Shown piece after piece: positions 17,208 through 25,994 of a stretch of DNA of 50,613 nt. A program made the position numbers and the translations under genes. The notes below the pieces were generated by a model. It searched no databases. It saw only the letters and a program-made list of their open reading frames with translations, and was not told the origin of the DNA. Position 1 is the first letter of the stretch; every line of letters begins with the position of its first letter. The stretch lies in the NCBI GenBank assembly GCA_937892755.1, contig CALBHT010000027.1:1-50613 (forward strand). Reading direction: 5' to 3'. The DNA comes from an uncultured Bacillales bacterium. GTDB lineage: Bacteria; Bacillota_I; Bacilli_A; RFN20; CAG-826.

Positions 17208-19073
17208 ATGTATAGTGAGGAGAATAGATCCTCGGGCCTAGCAAAATTCTTGTCGAATTATGACTATGTGTACCTGGATACCTGTTCTCTAATGGAAGAT
17301 GGATTCCCTCTCTTCATGGACACTCTTGTCGCATCGAAGGAGTATTGGAAAGAAGGTCTTCACGTAATTGTTACGAATGAGTGTGTTAAAGAACTCAAGA
17401 AACACACCAAAAACAAAGAAAAGAATGAGGCGAGAATTGGAGCGACGCGCGCTTTAAAAATTCTCCGCCATGACAGGTGGCATGGCAAAACAATCGAAAT
17501 CGAAAAAGGAATCACAGATGGCGATTTCGGGGATCAAGCAATTACGCAAGCGGTAATCAAATTACGAATCAAAAACAAGATTCTGATTATCACGCAAGAC
17601 AAAACCCTTGCTCATGATTTATTGAATTTAAATCAGCTTGGGTCACAACACGGCCAATATCTTGATGTCTATAAGATTACTCCAACAGGAGAATTAGCGA
17701 AGAATCTCGGCGAAAGTGGTTATTCTCGTTCCATTGAGAACAAAGAAAAAAGCAAACAGCATCATATTTTTGGTTTTAAGAATTTGTTCAAAAAGAACAA
17801 AACGCCAAAAACAAAAGAAGGTTCTACTCCTTCATTAAAGCCAGTGGAAGAAGCGGATAAAAAATTAGCCGCCAATCTTCGAAACGCAAATTATCCTTCC
17901 GAAAAGAAATTAACGGATATTAACACTCAACTTTCGTCTTTGTCGCGCCTTTCTTCAAAAGACAAAAAACAATTGTCGATTGTTTATACGGAAGATCGTT
18001 TGCTTAAGGAAAAAGAAAGCATTATCCAAAGCAATGTTTCGTCGCTACAAAAGAAAGAGAACGCGACTAACGAGCCGCATCTCCATTTCGAAAAACCGCT
18101 TCCCAAAAAGACATTGCCTAGCTTAGAAGATAAGCGTTTAACGAGCATTGGCAAAAAACCACCAAACGCAGGAACCGCACTTCAAGATTTTTTCACGAAT
18201 CTTGGCGTCATCGTCCGCGATGATTCTGTCACCTACGTCCCTATGGTCCATGGGCCTATCGATGTTACCAAAGGGTCTCTATCTGCCGTATTGAATCAAC
18301 TGGCGAATCTTAAAACAAACGGCAGAAAGGAAATCCAGTTTGGTGATAAATCGGTTTCAGTCACGCTTTTGCCTGATTCATATGAAATAAACCTCATAAA
18401 CAAAAAAACACCGCAAAAAGCACCTAAAAAGGAAGAAAACAAAGCCAAAAAGGCATCTCAAAAGGCAGCCAAAACGAAAACTGCTTCGGCAAAAGAGAAA
18501 AAACAAACTATCACCAAAGCCAAGCAAGAGAAGCCAAAAAAAGAGAAAAAAGTGCCTAGCAAAAAGATTACGGAAAAGCAAAAAAAGAAAGAAAAGGAGA
18601 ACATTATGAAAAACGCATCTTATGAGAATGGCAACACGAATTCTGCCTCTATAGAAACGAAAGAACAAAAAGTCTCTTCACTGAATGAAGGAAGTTTTGT
18701 TTTACCAGAAGGGGTGTCTCTTTTCGTTGGAGAACCTCACGAAAGAAAACGCCCTTTGAAAAAAGTGGCTAGCAAGCCGATAGAAGAAGGGGCTGTCGAA
18801 AAGAAAGTCGACGTTAAACGCTATTTAAACACCTCACGTCACGCGGAAAGCCTTGCAAAAGAACATAATCCCGAATTGCTTCAAAAAGCAATCGCCTCAG
18901 AGCTCAAATTAAACGCGAACATTCATAACCCAACCTATCCTGTTGCGAATAAAATTCGCGATTTGCGTACCCAAGATGTGCTTATTGATGATTTGAACGA
19001 AGAAGATCAAAAACAGCTTAAGCTTACCCATGCGGAAATTGAGAAGAAACTCAAAGAGCTCATGAATCAATAA
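17208..19073 (+). CDS. PIN-domain (PINc/YlaK-like) protein with a long lysine-rich C-terminal extension
   Basis: The four PIN acidic positions can be read at D24 (YLDTCSL), E58 (VTNECVKEL), D109 (FGDQAI) and D131 (IITQDKTLA). Residues 399-465 are ~45% Lys. An internal repeat occupies aa 218-258 and 564-606. Confidence 0.6.
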   Translation: MYSEENRSSGLAKFLSNYDYVYLDTCSLMEDGFPLFMDTLVASKEYWKEGLHVIVTNECVKELKKHTKNKEKNEARIGATRALKILRHDRWHGKTIEIEKGITDGDFGDQAITQAVIKLRIKNKILIITQDKTLAHDLLNLNQLGSQHGQYLDVYKITPTGELAKNLGESGYSRSIENKEKSKQHHIFGFKNLFKKNKTPKTKEGSTPSLKPVEEADKKLAANLRNANYPSEKKLTDINTQLSSLSRLSSKDKKQLSIVYTEDRLLKEKESIIQSNVSSLQKKENATNEPHLHFEKPLPKKTLPSLEDKRLTSIGKKPPNAGTALQDFFTNLGVIVRDDSVTYVPMVHGPIDVTKGSLSAVLNQLANLKTNGRKEIQFGDKSVSVTLLPDSYEINLINKKTPQKAPKKEENKAKKASQKAAKTKTASAKEKKQTITKAKQEKPKKEKKVPSKKITEKQKKKEKENIMKNASYENGNTNSASIETKEQKVSSLNEGSFVLPEGVSLFVGEPHERKRPLKKVASKPIEEGAVEKKVDVKRYLNTSRHAESLAKEHNPELLQKAIASELKLNANIHNPTYPVANKIRDLRTQDVLIDDLNEEDQKQLKLTHAEIEKKLKELMNQ

Positions 19074-19090
19074 AAGCTTATTAGGCAATT

Positions 19091-20635
19091 ATGAGGAATT
19101 TGACGATATCGAAGACCATTCCTCTCCTCCTCTTTTTATCTTTTTTCCTTTGCGGCTGTTCAATTCATGGATTAACGAATTCAAACGTGGGTTCCTCTTC
19201 TCTAGAAGTGGGCGAAAAGCCAAAAACGATTCGCGATATTAATACGTCGAACGGGGATTTCTCGATGCCTTCTATTGGGGAGTCGCATCTATTGGTCATA
19301 CCGGTAATGCTTACAGATTTTGCCTCGAACGCCACCGAAGCGAATCGAAAAAATATTGAGAAAGCATTTTCTGGTTCATCGGATGAGACAAGTTGGGAGT
19401 CTGTGGCTTCCTTTTACGAAAAGTCTTCCTATGGAAAGTTCCATCTTTCTGTAACTGTTTCTAATTGGTTTGATTGTGGCTATTCTTCTAGCGAAATCGC
19501 TTCATTCACCGATAAATCATCCTCCCTTTTCGACCCTACTTGGCGAATTGCTCAAGAATCGATGGAATGGTATAAATCAACTTACCAAACAAACGGCCAA
19601 GAATTGGACGCGGATAAAGATGGTTTAATCGATGGTTTATTCCTTGTTTATAGTGCCCCGAATTACAAAAAGAAGCCGAGTTTAAATCATGATGTTTATT
19701 GGGCTTATACCTATTCCCTTTACGATTCAAAGGAAAGGAATATCAAGAGTCCAACGCCTTATCGATATTCTTGGGCAAGTTATGATTTTGTTTATGCAGG
19801 ATACGGTTCTAGCGGCGTAGATGCTCACACTTACATTCACGAAGCCGGTCATCTTCTCGGCCTTGGCGATTATTATGTTTCGAAGACGGACGATTCTATC
19901 AAAGCAAACTATTCCCCGGTGGGCGGAGTGGATATGATGGATGCTAATATCATCGATCACAATTCTTTTTCCAAACTGGCTTTAGGTTGGATCGAGCCAA
20001 CGGTGTGCCTTTCTTCTGGTGCCTTTTCGCTAAAGCCATACGAAAGCAGTGGAGACTGTTTACTTATCCCAACAGATTCTGGGTGGAATGGAACCCCTTT
20101 CGATGAATATATGCTCCTTGAGTTTTACACTCCGGACGGTTTGAATGAAAAAGATAGTCTCAGTGCTTACCCAGGAAATTTTCATAAAGTAAAAGGTTTC
20201 TCCACAAAAGGAATTCGCATATTTCATGTTGATGCGAGGATGACAGCGATTTCTATTAGCGCTTCTGCCCATTATGTGAATTCCGTGAGTCAGAGTTCTA
20301 ATATCTCAACTTTCCTCGCCCACAATAACAGCAGCGCATATAACTTGTTGAATCCGGAATACCGGTTAATTCAATTAATGGATAAAGCAGGGAAACGCAA
20401 TTTTGATATGGATAATGACCGCAAAAGCAGCAATGCTTCTGTTTCTTCTATGGCTTATGCTGATAGTTCTTGTTTGTTTACTGAAGGCGATTCATTTTCT
20501 CTCCTTGATTACAAAGACAGTTTCCCCAATTATCGGTATCACTCGAAAATAGAAATGAACAACCACTCAACGTTTTCTAAAAAGGTTACGATCACTTCTC
20601 TTGACCAAGAAAACGCGACAATCTCTGTTTCCTAA
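19091..20635 (+). CDS. Secreted zinc-metalloprotease-like lipoprotein (HEXXH, M6/InhA-like domain)
   Basis: Signal and lipobox LLLFLSFFLCGC. The zinc motif HEAGHLLGLGDYY resembles the M6 HExxHxxGxxDxY pattern. It starts 17 nt after the PIN gene. Confidence 0.55.
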   Translation: MRNLTISKTIPLLLFLSFFLCGCSIHGLTNSNVGSSSLEVGEKPKTIRDINTSNGDFSMPSIGESHLLVIPVMLTDFASNATEANRKNIEKAFSGSSDETSWESVASFYEKSSYGKFHLSVTVSNWFDCGYSSSEIASFTDKSSSLFDPTWRIAQESMEWYKSTYQTNGQELDADKDGLIDGLFLVYSAPNYKKKPSLNHDVYWAYTYSLYDSKERNIKSPTPYRYSWASYDFVYAGYGSSGVDAHTYIHEAGHLLGLGDYYVSKTDDSIKANYSPVGGVDMMDANIIDHNSFSKLALGWIEPTVCLSSGAFSLKPYESSGDCLLIPTDSGWNGTPFDEYMLLEFYTPDGLNEKDSLSAYPGNFHKVKGFSTKGIRIFHVDARMTAISISASAHYVNSVSQSSNISTFLAHNNSSAYNLLNPEYRLIQLMDKAGKRNFDMDNDRKSSNASVSSMAYADSSCLFTEGDSFSLLDYKDSFPNYRYHSKIEMNNHSTFSKKVTITSLDQENATISVS

Positions 20636-20848
20636 ATAAAGGAAGGGGTAATCCTTTCGTTCTATTGCTTGCTGCTATTCGCTTATCTGCTCCTAGGGCG
20701 ACTAACTGGTGAATAAATGTGAACAGTGAGCAGGCACGAGCGATACATATTAATGAAGGCCGTGACAAAACGTCATAAGGGAAATATGGGCAAGGGAATG
20801 AAAACAAACTATGTCCTAGATGGCTGGAAACAAGGAAAACTAGCGAGG

Positions 20849-20876
20849 TTGTTATTATAAGAATAATCTTTATAAT
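20849..20876 (+). promoter_or_regulatory. Candidate sigma-A promoter of the dlt-like operon
   Basis: TTGTTA (20849-20854), 16 nt, TATAAT (20871-20876). The ATG lies 18 nt downstream with no SD. The element is part of a 33-bp AT-rich near-palindrome that also reads TTGTAA-16-TATAAT on the minus strand. Confidence 0.4.
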
Positions 20877-20894
20877 TACAATCGCTCCGTTTTT

Positions 20895-22352
20895 ATGCAC
20901 AATGTTTTTGAACTTCTATTAAACGATTATTTAGCAAAGCCAGACGAAATCCTCTTTGTGGATTCGGAGAATGAAATCTCCGTTAGAGATGCTTTTCTTT
21001 CTTCTTGCGGAATTGCATCTTCCCTTATAAAAAAAGGGGTAGAGAATTCTCCAATCTTGGTTTTCGTAGATCGTTCTATGAAAGCCTTGATTTCTTTCTT
21101 TGGCATTGCTCTAAGCCATAATTATTATTTGCCGCTTGACGAAAACATTCCGGAAGAAAAGTTAGAGCAAATCTTAATAGACTCCCACGCGAAAGCCTAT
21201 TTCGCTTTCCATAATAGGGAGATTCCCGCTCTTACTAAGCTTGATTTTGACTCTGCTATCAAAGAGACTCTTTCCAAAGAAAAAATGGATAGTCTCCTTT
21301 CTTCTAGCAAAAAAGATTCTCCTTTATATTTGATGTTCACATCAGGTTCTACGGGGAAACCTAAAGGGGTCTTAAAATCCCACGATAACATCTTTTCTTT
21401 CGTGGAGAATTTTTCCGACACTTTCCCATTCATTGAAAATGGGCAAAGAATCATGAACCAAACCCCATTTTTCTTTGATGCGTCGAGCAAAGATATCTAT
21501 TTAACTTTGAAATATCAAGGAACCCTTTATATTCCAGATAAGAATTCTTTTGCTCTCCCTCAAATTACCATCGAATATTTGAATCGAAACAAAATTACGA
21601 TGATTTCCTGGGTTCCGTCCGCTTTAACGTTAATTGCTAAATTAAGAACTCTTGATTTTATGAAACCAGAGTTTTTGAAATACGTTTTCTTTGTGGGCGA
21701 GGTTTTTCAGCCAAAATACCTGAATATGTGGATTCGCTCTTTGGCGAACACTCGTTTCTTCAATATCTATGGGTCAACTGAGTTAGCGGGGGTTGCTCTC
21801 TACTATGAAGTCACTCATGAAATAAACGAAGGGGAGCCCTTACCGATAGGGGGGCCTCTTAAGAACAACAAAGTATTCTTGGACAATGGGGAAATCGTGA
21901 TTTCTTCTAAACAAATCGCCACGGGATATATCAACGACCCTGAAAAGAATAAGATGACTTTCCGCACAAACGCGGATGGAAAGAAGCTTCTCTATACGGG
22001 TGACTACGCCTATCTAGATAAGGATGGAAATTTCGTCTTTTCTTCTCGCAAAGATTTCCAAATCAAGCATCTAGGGTATCGAATCGAACTTCAAGAGATT
22101 GATACCTTGCTCACGTCTTTAGAATATATCGATTCTTGCTGCGCGCTCTTTGATAAAGAGAAAGACAAGATCGTTCTTTTTGCTACGTTAAATCAAGAGA
22201 TTGCGAATCCAATCAAACTGATTTTGGCGGATGCAAAGAGGAAGCTGCAGTTCTATATGATTCCCAACAAAGTCATCATATTGGAACGCATGCCTATGAA
22301 CGCAAATGGTAAAATTGATAGAATCAAATTGGGTGATTACTTAAAGGGGTAA
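20895..22352 (+). CDS. dltA: DltA-like carrier-protein ligase (adenylation enzyme)
   Basis: A-domain cores MFTSGSTGKPKG, FFFDAS, YGSTE, YTGDYAY, GYRIELQEID and NGKIDR. Its 485-aa size and the carrier protein immediately downstream fit DltA. Confidence 0.8.
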   Translation: MHNVFELLLNDYLAKPDEILFVDSENEISVRDAFLSSCGIASSLIKKGVENSPILVFVDRSMKALISFFGIALSHNYYLPLDENIPEEKLEQILIDSHAKAYFAFHNREIPALTKLDFDSAIKETLSKEKMDSLLSSSKKDSPLYLMFTSGSTGKPKGVLKSHDNIFSFVENFSDTFPFIENGQRIMNQTPFFFDASSKDIYLTLKYQGTLYIPDKNSFALPQITIEYLNRNKITMISWVPSALTLIAKLRTLDFMKPEFLKYVFFVGEVFQPKYLNMWIRSLANTRFFNIYGSTELAGVALYYEVTHEINEGEPLPIGGPLKNNKVFLDNGEIVISSKQIATGYINDPEKNKMTFRTNADGKKLLYTGDYAYLDKDGNFVFSSRKDFQIKHLGYRIELQEIDTLLTSLEYIDSCCALFDKEKDKIVLFATLNQEIANPIKLILADAKRKLQFYMIPNKVIILERMPMNANGKIDRIKLGDYLKG

Positions 22353-22357
22353 TACAT

Positions 22358-22597
22358 ATGGATGAAATTAAACAACAAGTACTAGACATTCTATCCGAAA
22401 TCAAACCAGATGTGGATGATTTCGAATCTATCCAAGAATTGGTGCACGGAGGAACGCTTGATTCCTTAAATATCGTCATGCTCGTAGGTGAACTCTCGGA
22501 CACGTTTGATATCAGCATTCCGCCTCAAGAAATCTCTTATGAGAATTTTGATACGGTGGATGGCCTGGTGAATATGGTCAAACGCTTGCAAGACTAG
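22358..22597 (+). CDS. dltC: D-alanyl-carrier-protein-like acyl carrier protein
   Basis: 79 aa and acidic, with a phosphopantetheine Ser in GGTLDSLNIVMLV. SD AAAGGGG lies upstream. Confidence 0.78.
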   Translation: MDEIKQQVLDILSEIKPDVDDFESIQELVHGGTLDSLNIVMLVGELSDTFDISIPPQEISYENFDTVDGLVNMVKRLQD

Positions 22598-22605
22598 TTT
22601 TAAAA

Positions 22606-24210
22606 ATGTTTGGCTTCAATCTCAAAATCAATTCTTATTACTTTTTACTTTTTTTAGCGGCATCGCTTCTTTTATATTGGCTTTGCCCTAAGAAGCGTCG
22701 CCACATCCCTCTTCTTGTGGAAAGCGTTGTTTTCTTGCTGCTGGTGGATTGGAAATCCATCTTCTTCATTCTTTTTAGCACGATCGTGGTTTATCTTTCC
22801 GCCTATTTTATTGATAAAAACACTAAAAGACAGAAAGAATACATTGCCCTTCACAAAGAAGAGATGACTCTCGAAGAAAAAAAGTCCTATAAAGCCAAGA
22901 ATAAACGCATCCGTAAGAGTTTGCTACTTTTTGGCATCCTTGCCGTAGTCATCTTATTGGGCGTGATGAAATACTTAAATTTCCTTCTAGGAACCGTACA
23001 ATCCATTATCCAATTGTGTGGAGGAAGCTTTGCTTTTGAATTGAAAGGGTGGTTCCTTCCTGTTGGCATTTCTTTCTATACTTTTCAGGCTATTGGTTAT
23101 TTAGTTGATGTTTATTGGGGAAAATACGATGCGGAGAGCAACCCTTTCCGTTTTGCTCTTTTTATGTTCTATTTCCCTAAGCTTCTACAGGGGCCAATCG
23201 TTCGTTATGACGAGATGAAAGACGCTCTTTTCGGAGAGAAAACCCTGACCTACGATAACTTCACAAATGGCATGAAACGCATGGCTTTTGGGTATCTAAA
23301 GAAAATGGTTGTGGCGGATGTCTTGATGGTTTTCTTGAAATTTGCCTTTGCGAATGTTTCCGAATTGTCTGGCGCGGAGGCTTTCTTGGCGGTGGTCCTA
23401 TATTTTATTCAAGACTATTCCGATTTCTCAGGCTATATGGATATCGCAATTGGTGCATCCATGGCTTTTGGGATTGCTCTTCCAGAGAACTTCAATCGCC
23501 CTTATTTTGCTAGAAGCATCGATGAGTATTGGCGTAGATGGCATATGACCTTAGGAACGTGGTTCAAGGATTATATTTTCTATCCTCTTTCTACCAGCCG
23601 CTTCTCTCTTGGGATTGGAAAATTCTTCAAGAAATTCTCCAAAACATTAGGGCAAAAGATGCCTGCCGTCTTTGGCTTAATCGTGGTTTGGCTTTTAACG
23701 GGCCTTTGGCATGGCGCTAGCTGGAATTATGTCCTTTGGGGAGGATATTATGGGGGCATTATTATCGTTTCCATTTTCCTCGATCCATTGAAGAACTGGT
23801 TCTATGAGAAAACACAGATTTCTCGTAATAACGTCTTCATTCAGATTTGGCAACATATTTTGACCTTATTCCTTCTTGCCTTTGGAAAGATTTTGTTCAT
23901 GTGCAATGATTTGCCTTCCTCTTGGCAAATGTTCACTCAATGTTTCGATTGGAGGAATCTTTCTCTTCAAAACATCTGGAATCAAGTTGGCAGCAGCTCC
24001 TTTTTCACAGCAATCTGTTGTTTCATCCCCGTCTTTATCGTGGATTTGATTCAAGAGATTTGGCCGAAAACCACTTTCCTTTCCAAGTTTAATCGTTTAC
24101 CTATTTATGTGCGCTGGCCATTTTTAATCGCTCTTGTGGCGCTCGTTGTTTGGTTTGGATGGTATGGAAAAGGCCTACCTCATTTCGATTTCGGCTATAC
24201 CCAGTTTTAG
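22606..24210 (+). CDS. MBOAT-family membrane O-acyltransferase (DltB/AlgI-like, long form)
   Basis: 534-aa polytopic protein. The conserved MBOAT His is in LTGLWHGASWNYVLWG, with RRWHMTLGTWFKDYIFYPL nearby. Confidence 0.85.
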   Translation: MFGFNLKINSYYFLLFLAASLLLYWLCPKKRRHIPLLVESVVFLLLVDWKSIFFILFSTIVVYLSAYFIDKNTKRQKEYIALHKEEMTLEEKKSYKAKNKRIRKSLLLFGILAVVILLGVMKYLNFLLGTVQSIIQLCGGSFAFELKGWFLPVGISFYTFQAIGYLVDVYWGKYDAESNPFRFALFMFYFPKLLQGPIVRYDEMKDALFGEKTLTYDNFTNGMKRMAFGYLKKMVVADVLMVFLKFAFANVSELSGAEAFLAVVLYFIQDYSDFSGYMDIAIGASMAFGIALPENFNRPYFARSIDEYWRRWHMTLGTWFKDYIFYPLSTSRFSLGIGKFFKKFSKTLGQKMPAVFGLIVVWLLTGLWHGASWNYVLWGGYYGGIIIVSIFLDPLKNWFYEKTQISRNNVFIQIWQHILTLFLLAFGKILFMCNDLPSSWQMFTQCFDWRNLSLQNIWNQVGSSSFFTAICCFIPVFIVDLIQEIWPKTTFLSKFNRLPIYVRWPFLIALVALVVWFGWYGKGLPHFDFGYTQF

Positions 24211-24222
24211 GAGAATCGCGAT

Positions 24223-25320
24223 ATGAAAGTCAAAAACGTTGTCAAATGTGTTCTCTTCCCCGTCTTGTTATCTATGACGTTAGGCTTAATGAACCATTAT
24301 GTTTTTAGTCGTCAACCCTTTACGGAAAACTCCGTGACAAACTACGTCAAAGAGGAGGAGAATTCCCTAGATGGAACTTTCTTAGGCTCTTCGACGGTAT
24401 GGTACGGAATTATTCCGACGGAGATTTGGAAACAGTCTGGTTTAACCTCTCGTGTTATCGCTAAGGCTCCATTTCATCCGGGATTAAATTTAGATACTTT
24501 GGAATTTGTCTATAGGAAGCAAGAAAAAAGCTTAAAGTTCGTTTATGTCGATTTGGTGAGCTATTTCACCCTTAGCGATGATAATGTCCACGATTTCTTG
24601 GTGGATTATTATTATTCCTTCCCTCGTGATAGCGAGGAAAGACGTAATCTTATCTATAAGTACCCCTTTTTGGAATCTTATCAAGAGGAAAATCGTGACT
24701 TGGATGAAAAACTATTTGAAGGACATAACGATTACCGAAGAAACGATTTTTGGCAAACCTTCGCTAACGAAGATCGAAACTTCACCAAAGGTTTTTATCC
24801 CCAAAACTATGGGTATGCCTGCGATAAACTTGCTATACCTGATTGTGAGCCAATCTCTTTAAAAACGAAGAATCCAGATGGGTTTAAATATCTTTTTGAC
24901 GTTCTTTCTTTTGCGGATAAACACCCTGAAACAAAATTCATTTTTGCGCGGACGGCAAGGAAGCTTTGCGATCAGGAGGAGACCGAAGTCGATACATTCG
25001 TTTTCAAATGGGTTCAAAACTATATTAAAAACGAAAGGCCGAAAGAAGTGAAAGGGGCAAGGACGGATTATATCGTCAAAGATTTTGCCCTAGACGCGGA
25101 TGAAATCGGGATTGATGAAAAGACCGACCTTAGAGACCCCGCCCATCTGAATGTCAGAGGCGCCATTAAGAACACGAAATATCTTTCTAAGTTCCTAAAA
25201 GAGAATATTGATGTTTCCAAAATCAAACATTCTGAGAAAGTGGAAGAAGACTTTGAAAACTGCTATAAAAAAACCGAAGAATACTTGAAACATATCTTAA
25301 AAAACAACATTAGGCATTGA
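24223..25320 (+). CDS. DltD-like/SGNH-like membrane-anchored protein
   Basis: N-terminal anchor VVKCVLFPVLLSMTLGLM, a Ser block FLGSSTVWYG and a C-terminal Asp-x-x-His block DPAHLNVRG. SD AGGAGA lies 8 nt upstream. It occupies the fourth position of the dlt-like cassette. Confidence 0.55.
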   Translation: MKVKNVVKCVLFPVLLSMTLGLMNHYVFSRQPFTENSVTNYVKEEENSLDGTFLGSSTVWYGIIPTEIWKQSGLTSRVIAKAPFHPGLNLDTLEFVYRKQEKSLKFVYVDLVSYFTLSDDNVHDFLVDYYYSFPRDSEERRNLIYKYPFLESYQEENRDLDEKLFEGHNDYRRNDFWQTFANEDRNFTKGFYPQNYGYACDKLAIPDCEPISLKTKNPDGFKYLFDVLSFADKHPETKFIFARTARKLCDQEETEVDTFVFKWVQNYIKNERPKEVKGARTDYIVKDFALDADEIGIDEKTDLRDPAHLNVRGAIKNTKYLSKFLKENIDVSKIKHSEKVEEDFENCYKKTEEYLKHILKNNIRH

Positions 25321-25442
25321 TAAAGCGCAATCAACATTGACATCGTTTTGCTTAATGTCACAATGACGCCTTTCGCTCTATTGTCTTGAAACCATTTCCA
25401 TGAGTGAGTAATATTATTTCGTTTCACGAAAAGGACGTATTT

Positions 25443-25922
25443 ATGAAAAAGAAATTGAATTTGTTTGCGACATTTGGCTTCCTCGGTGTTTTGTTCACCA
25501 TTGCTGCCTTCTTATTCCCGATTGGTACTGGTGTTGTTTGGGCGACCGCTCAAGCCGGTAATAGCTATAATGCTGGCTATGATTTCGTCTTCGGCAATGA
25601 TGCAAGTCAGATTGTTGCGAGTGGCTATTACATTTGTGCTTTCTCTTTATTAATCATCGCCGTTGTGTTCCAAATTCTTGGCACTGTCTTCACTTTGCCA
25701 AACCCAGATGCAAGCCATAAGTTTTCCGGATTCCTACATTTGGTCTCCGCGATTGCTTTGGTTGTTGTTGCTCTTTTCTTCTTCCTCGGTGCGAAGCTCA
25801 CACCTACTCCAAATGAGTCTTACGTTCCTTCTTTGGGCTATGGTTTTATCGCCGCTGGCGCTGCTGCAGCCGCTAGTGCGGTTTCCTCTCTTACGACCTT
25901 CCTCGTCTCTTTAAAGAAATAA
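25443..25922 (+). CDS. Small four-helix membrane protein of unknown function
   Basis: I prefer ATG 25443 (MKKKLNLF.., GGA 7 nt upstream) over the in-frame GTG 25404. It has four hydrophobic segments. A weak hairpin follows the stop. Confidence 0.6.
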   Translation: MKKKLNLFATFGFLGVLFTIAAFLFPIGTGVVWATAQAGNSYNAGYDFVFGNDASQIVASGYYICAFSLLIIAVVFQILGTVFTLPNPDASHKFSGFLHLVSAIALVVVALFFFLGAKLTPTPNESYVPSLGYGFIAAGAAAAASAVSSLTTFLVSLKK

Positions 25923-25994
25923 CAAAAGTCAAACATGAAAGCCGCGGTTCTCCCCGGCTTTTTATATTCAATTTCTTAAGTCAATAATATATAA

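Noticed and set aside
18378-18668. 96-aa Phe/Leu-rich ORF antisense to the lysine-rich segment
   Set aside because: Reading AAA/AAG-rich coding sequence backwards gives TTT/CTT codons, so this is a compositional artefact.
20753-20860. 35-codon plus-strand ORF (MKAVTKRHKGNMGKGMKTNYVLDGWKQGKLARLLL) considered as a dltX candidate
   Set aside because: It has no SD and encodes a basic, hydrophilic peptide. DltX peptides are hydrophobic single-pass membrane peptides, and this ORF also runs through the putative dlt promoter.
20636-20894. Known structured RNAs (SRP RNA, 6S, RNase P, tmRNA, T-box) in the dlt upstream spacer
   Set aside because: I looked for the hallmark strings: an SRP domain IV GGAA tetraloop with flanking AGCA/GGAAG, the RNase P GAGGAAAGTCC, the T-box sequence, and tmRNA ends. 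None fitted, so only a generic candidate-sRNA note is kept.
20592-20900. 102-aa minus-strand ORF spanning the spacer upstream of dltA
   Set aside because: It overlaps the 3' end of the protease gene and the dltA start. It has no SD, and it starts upstream of the only promoter-like element on that strand.
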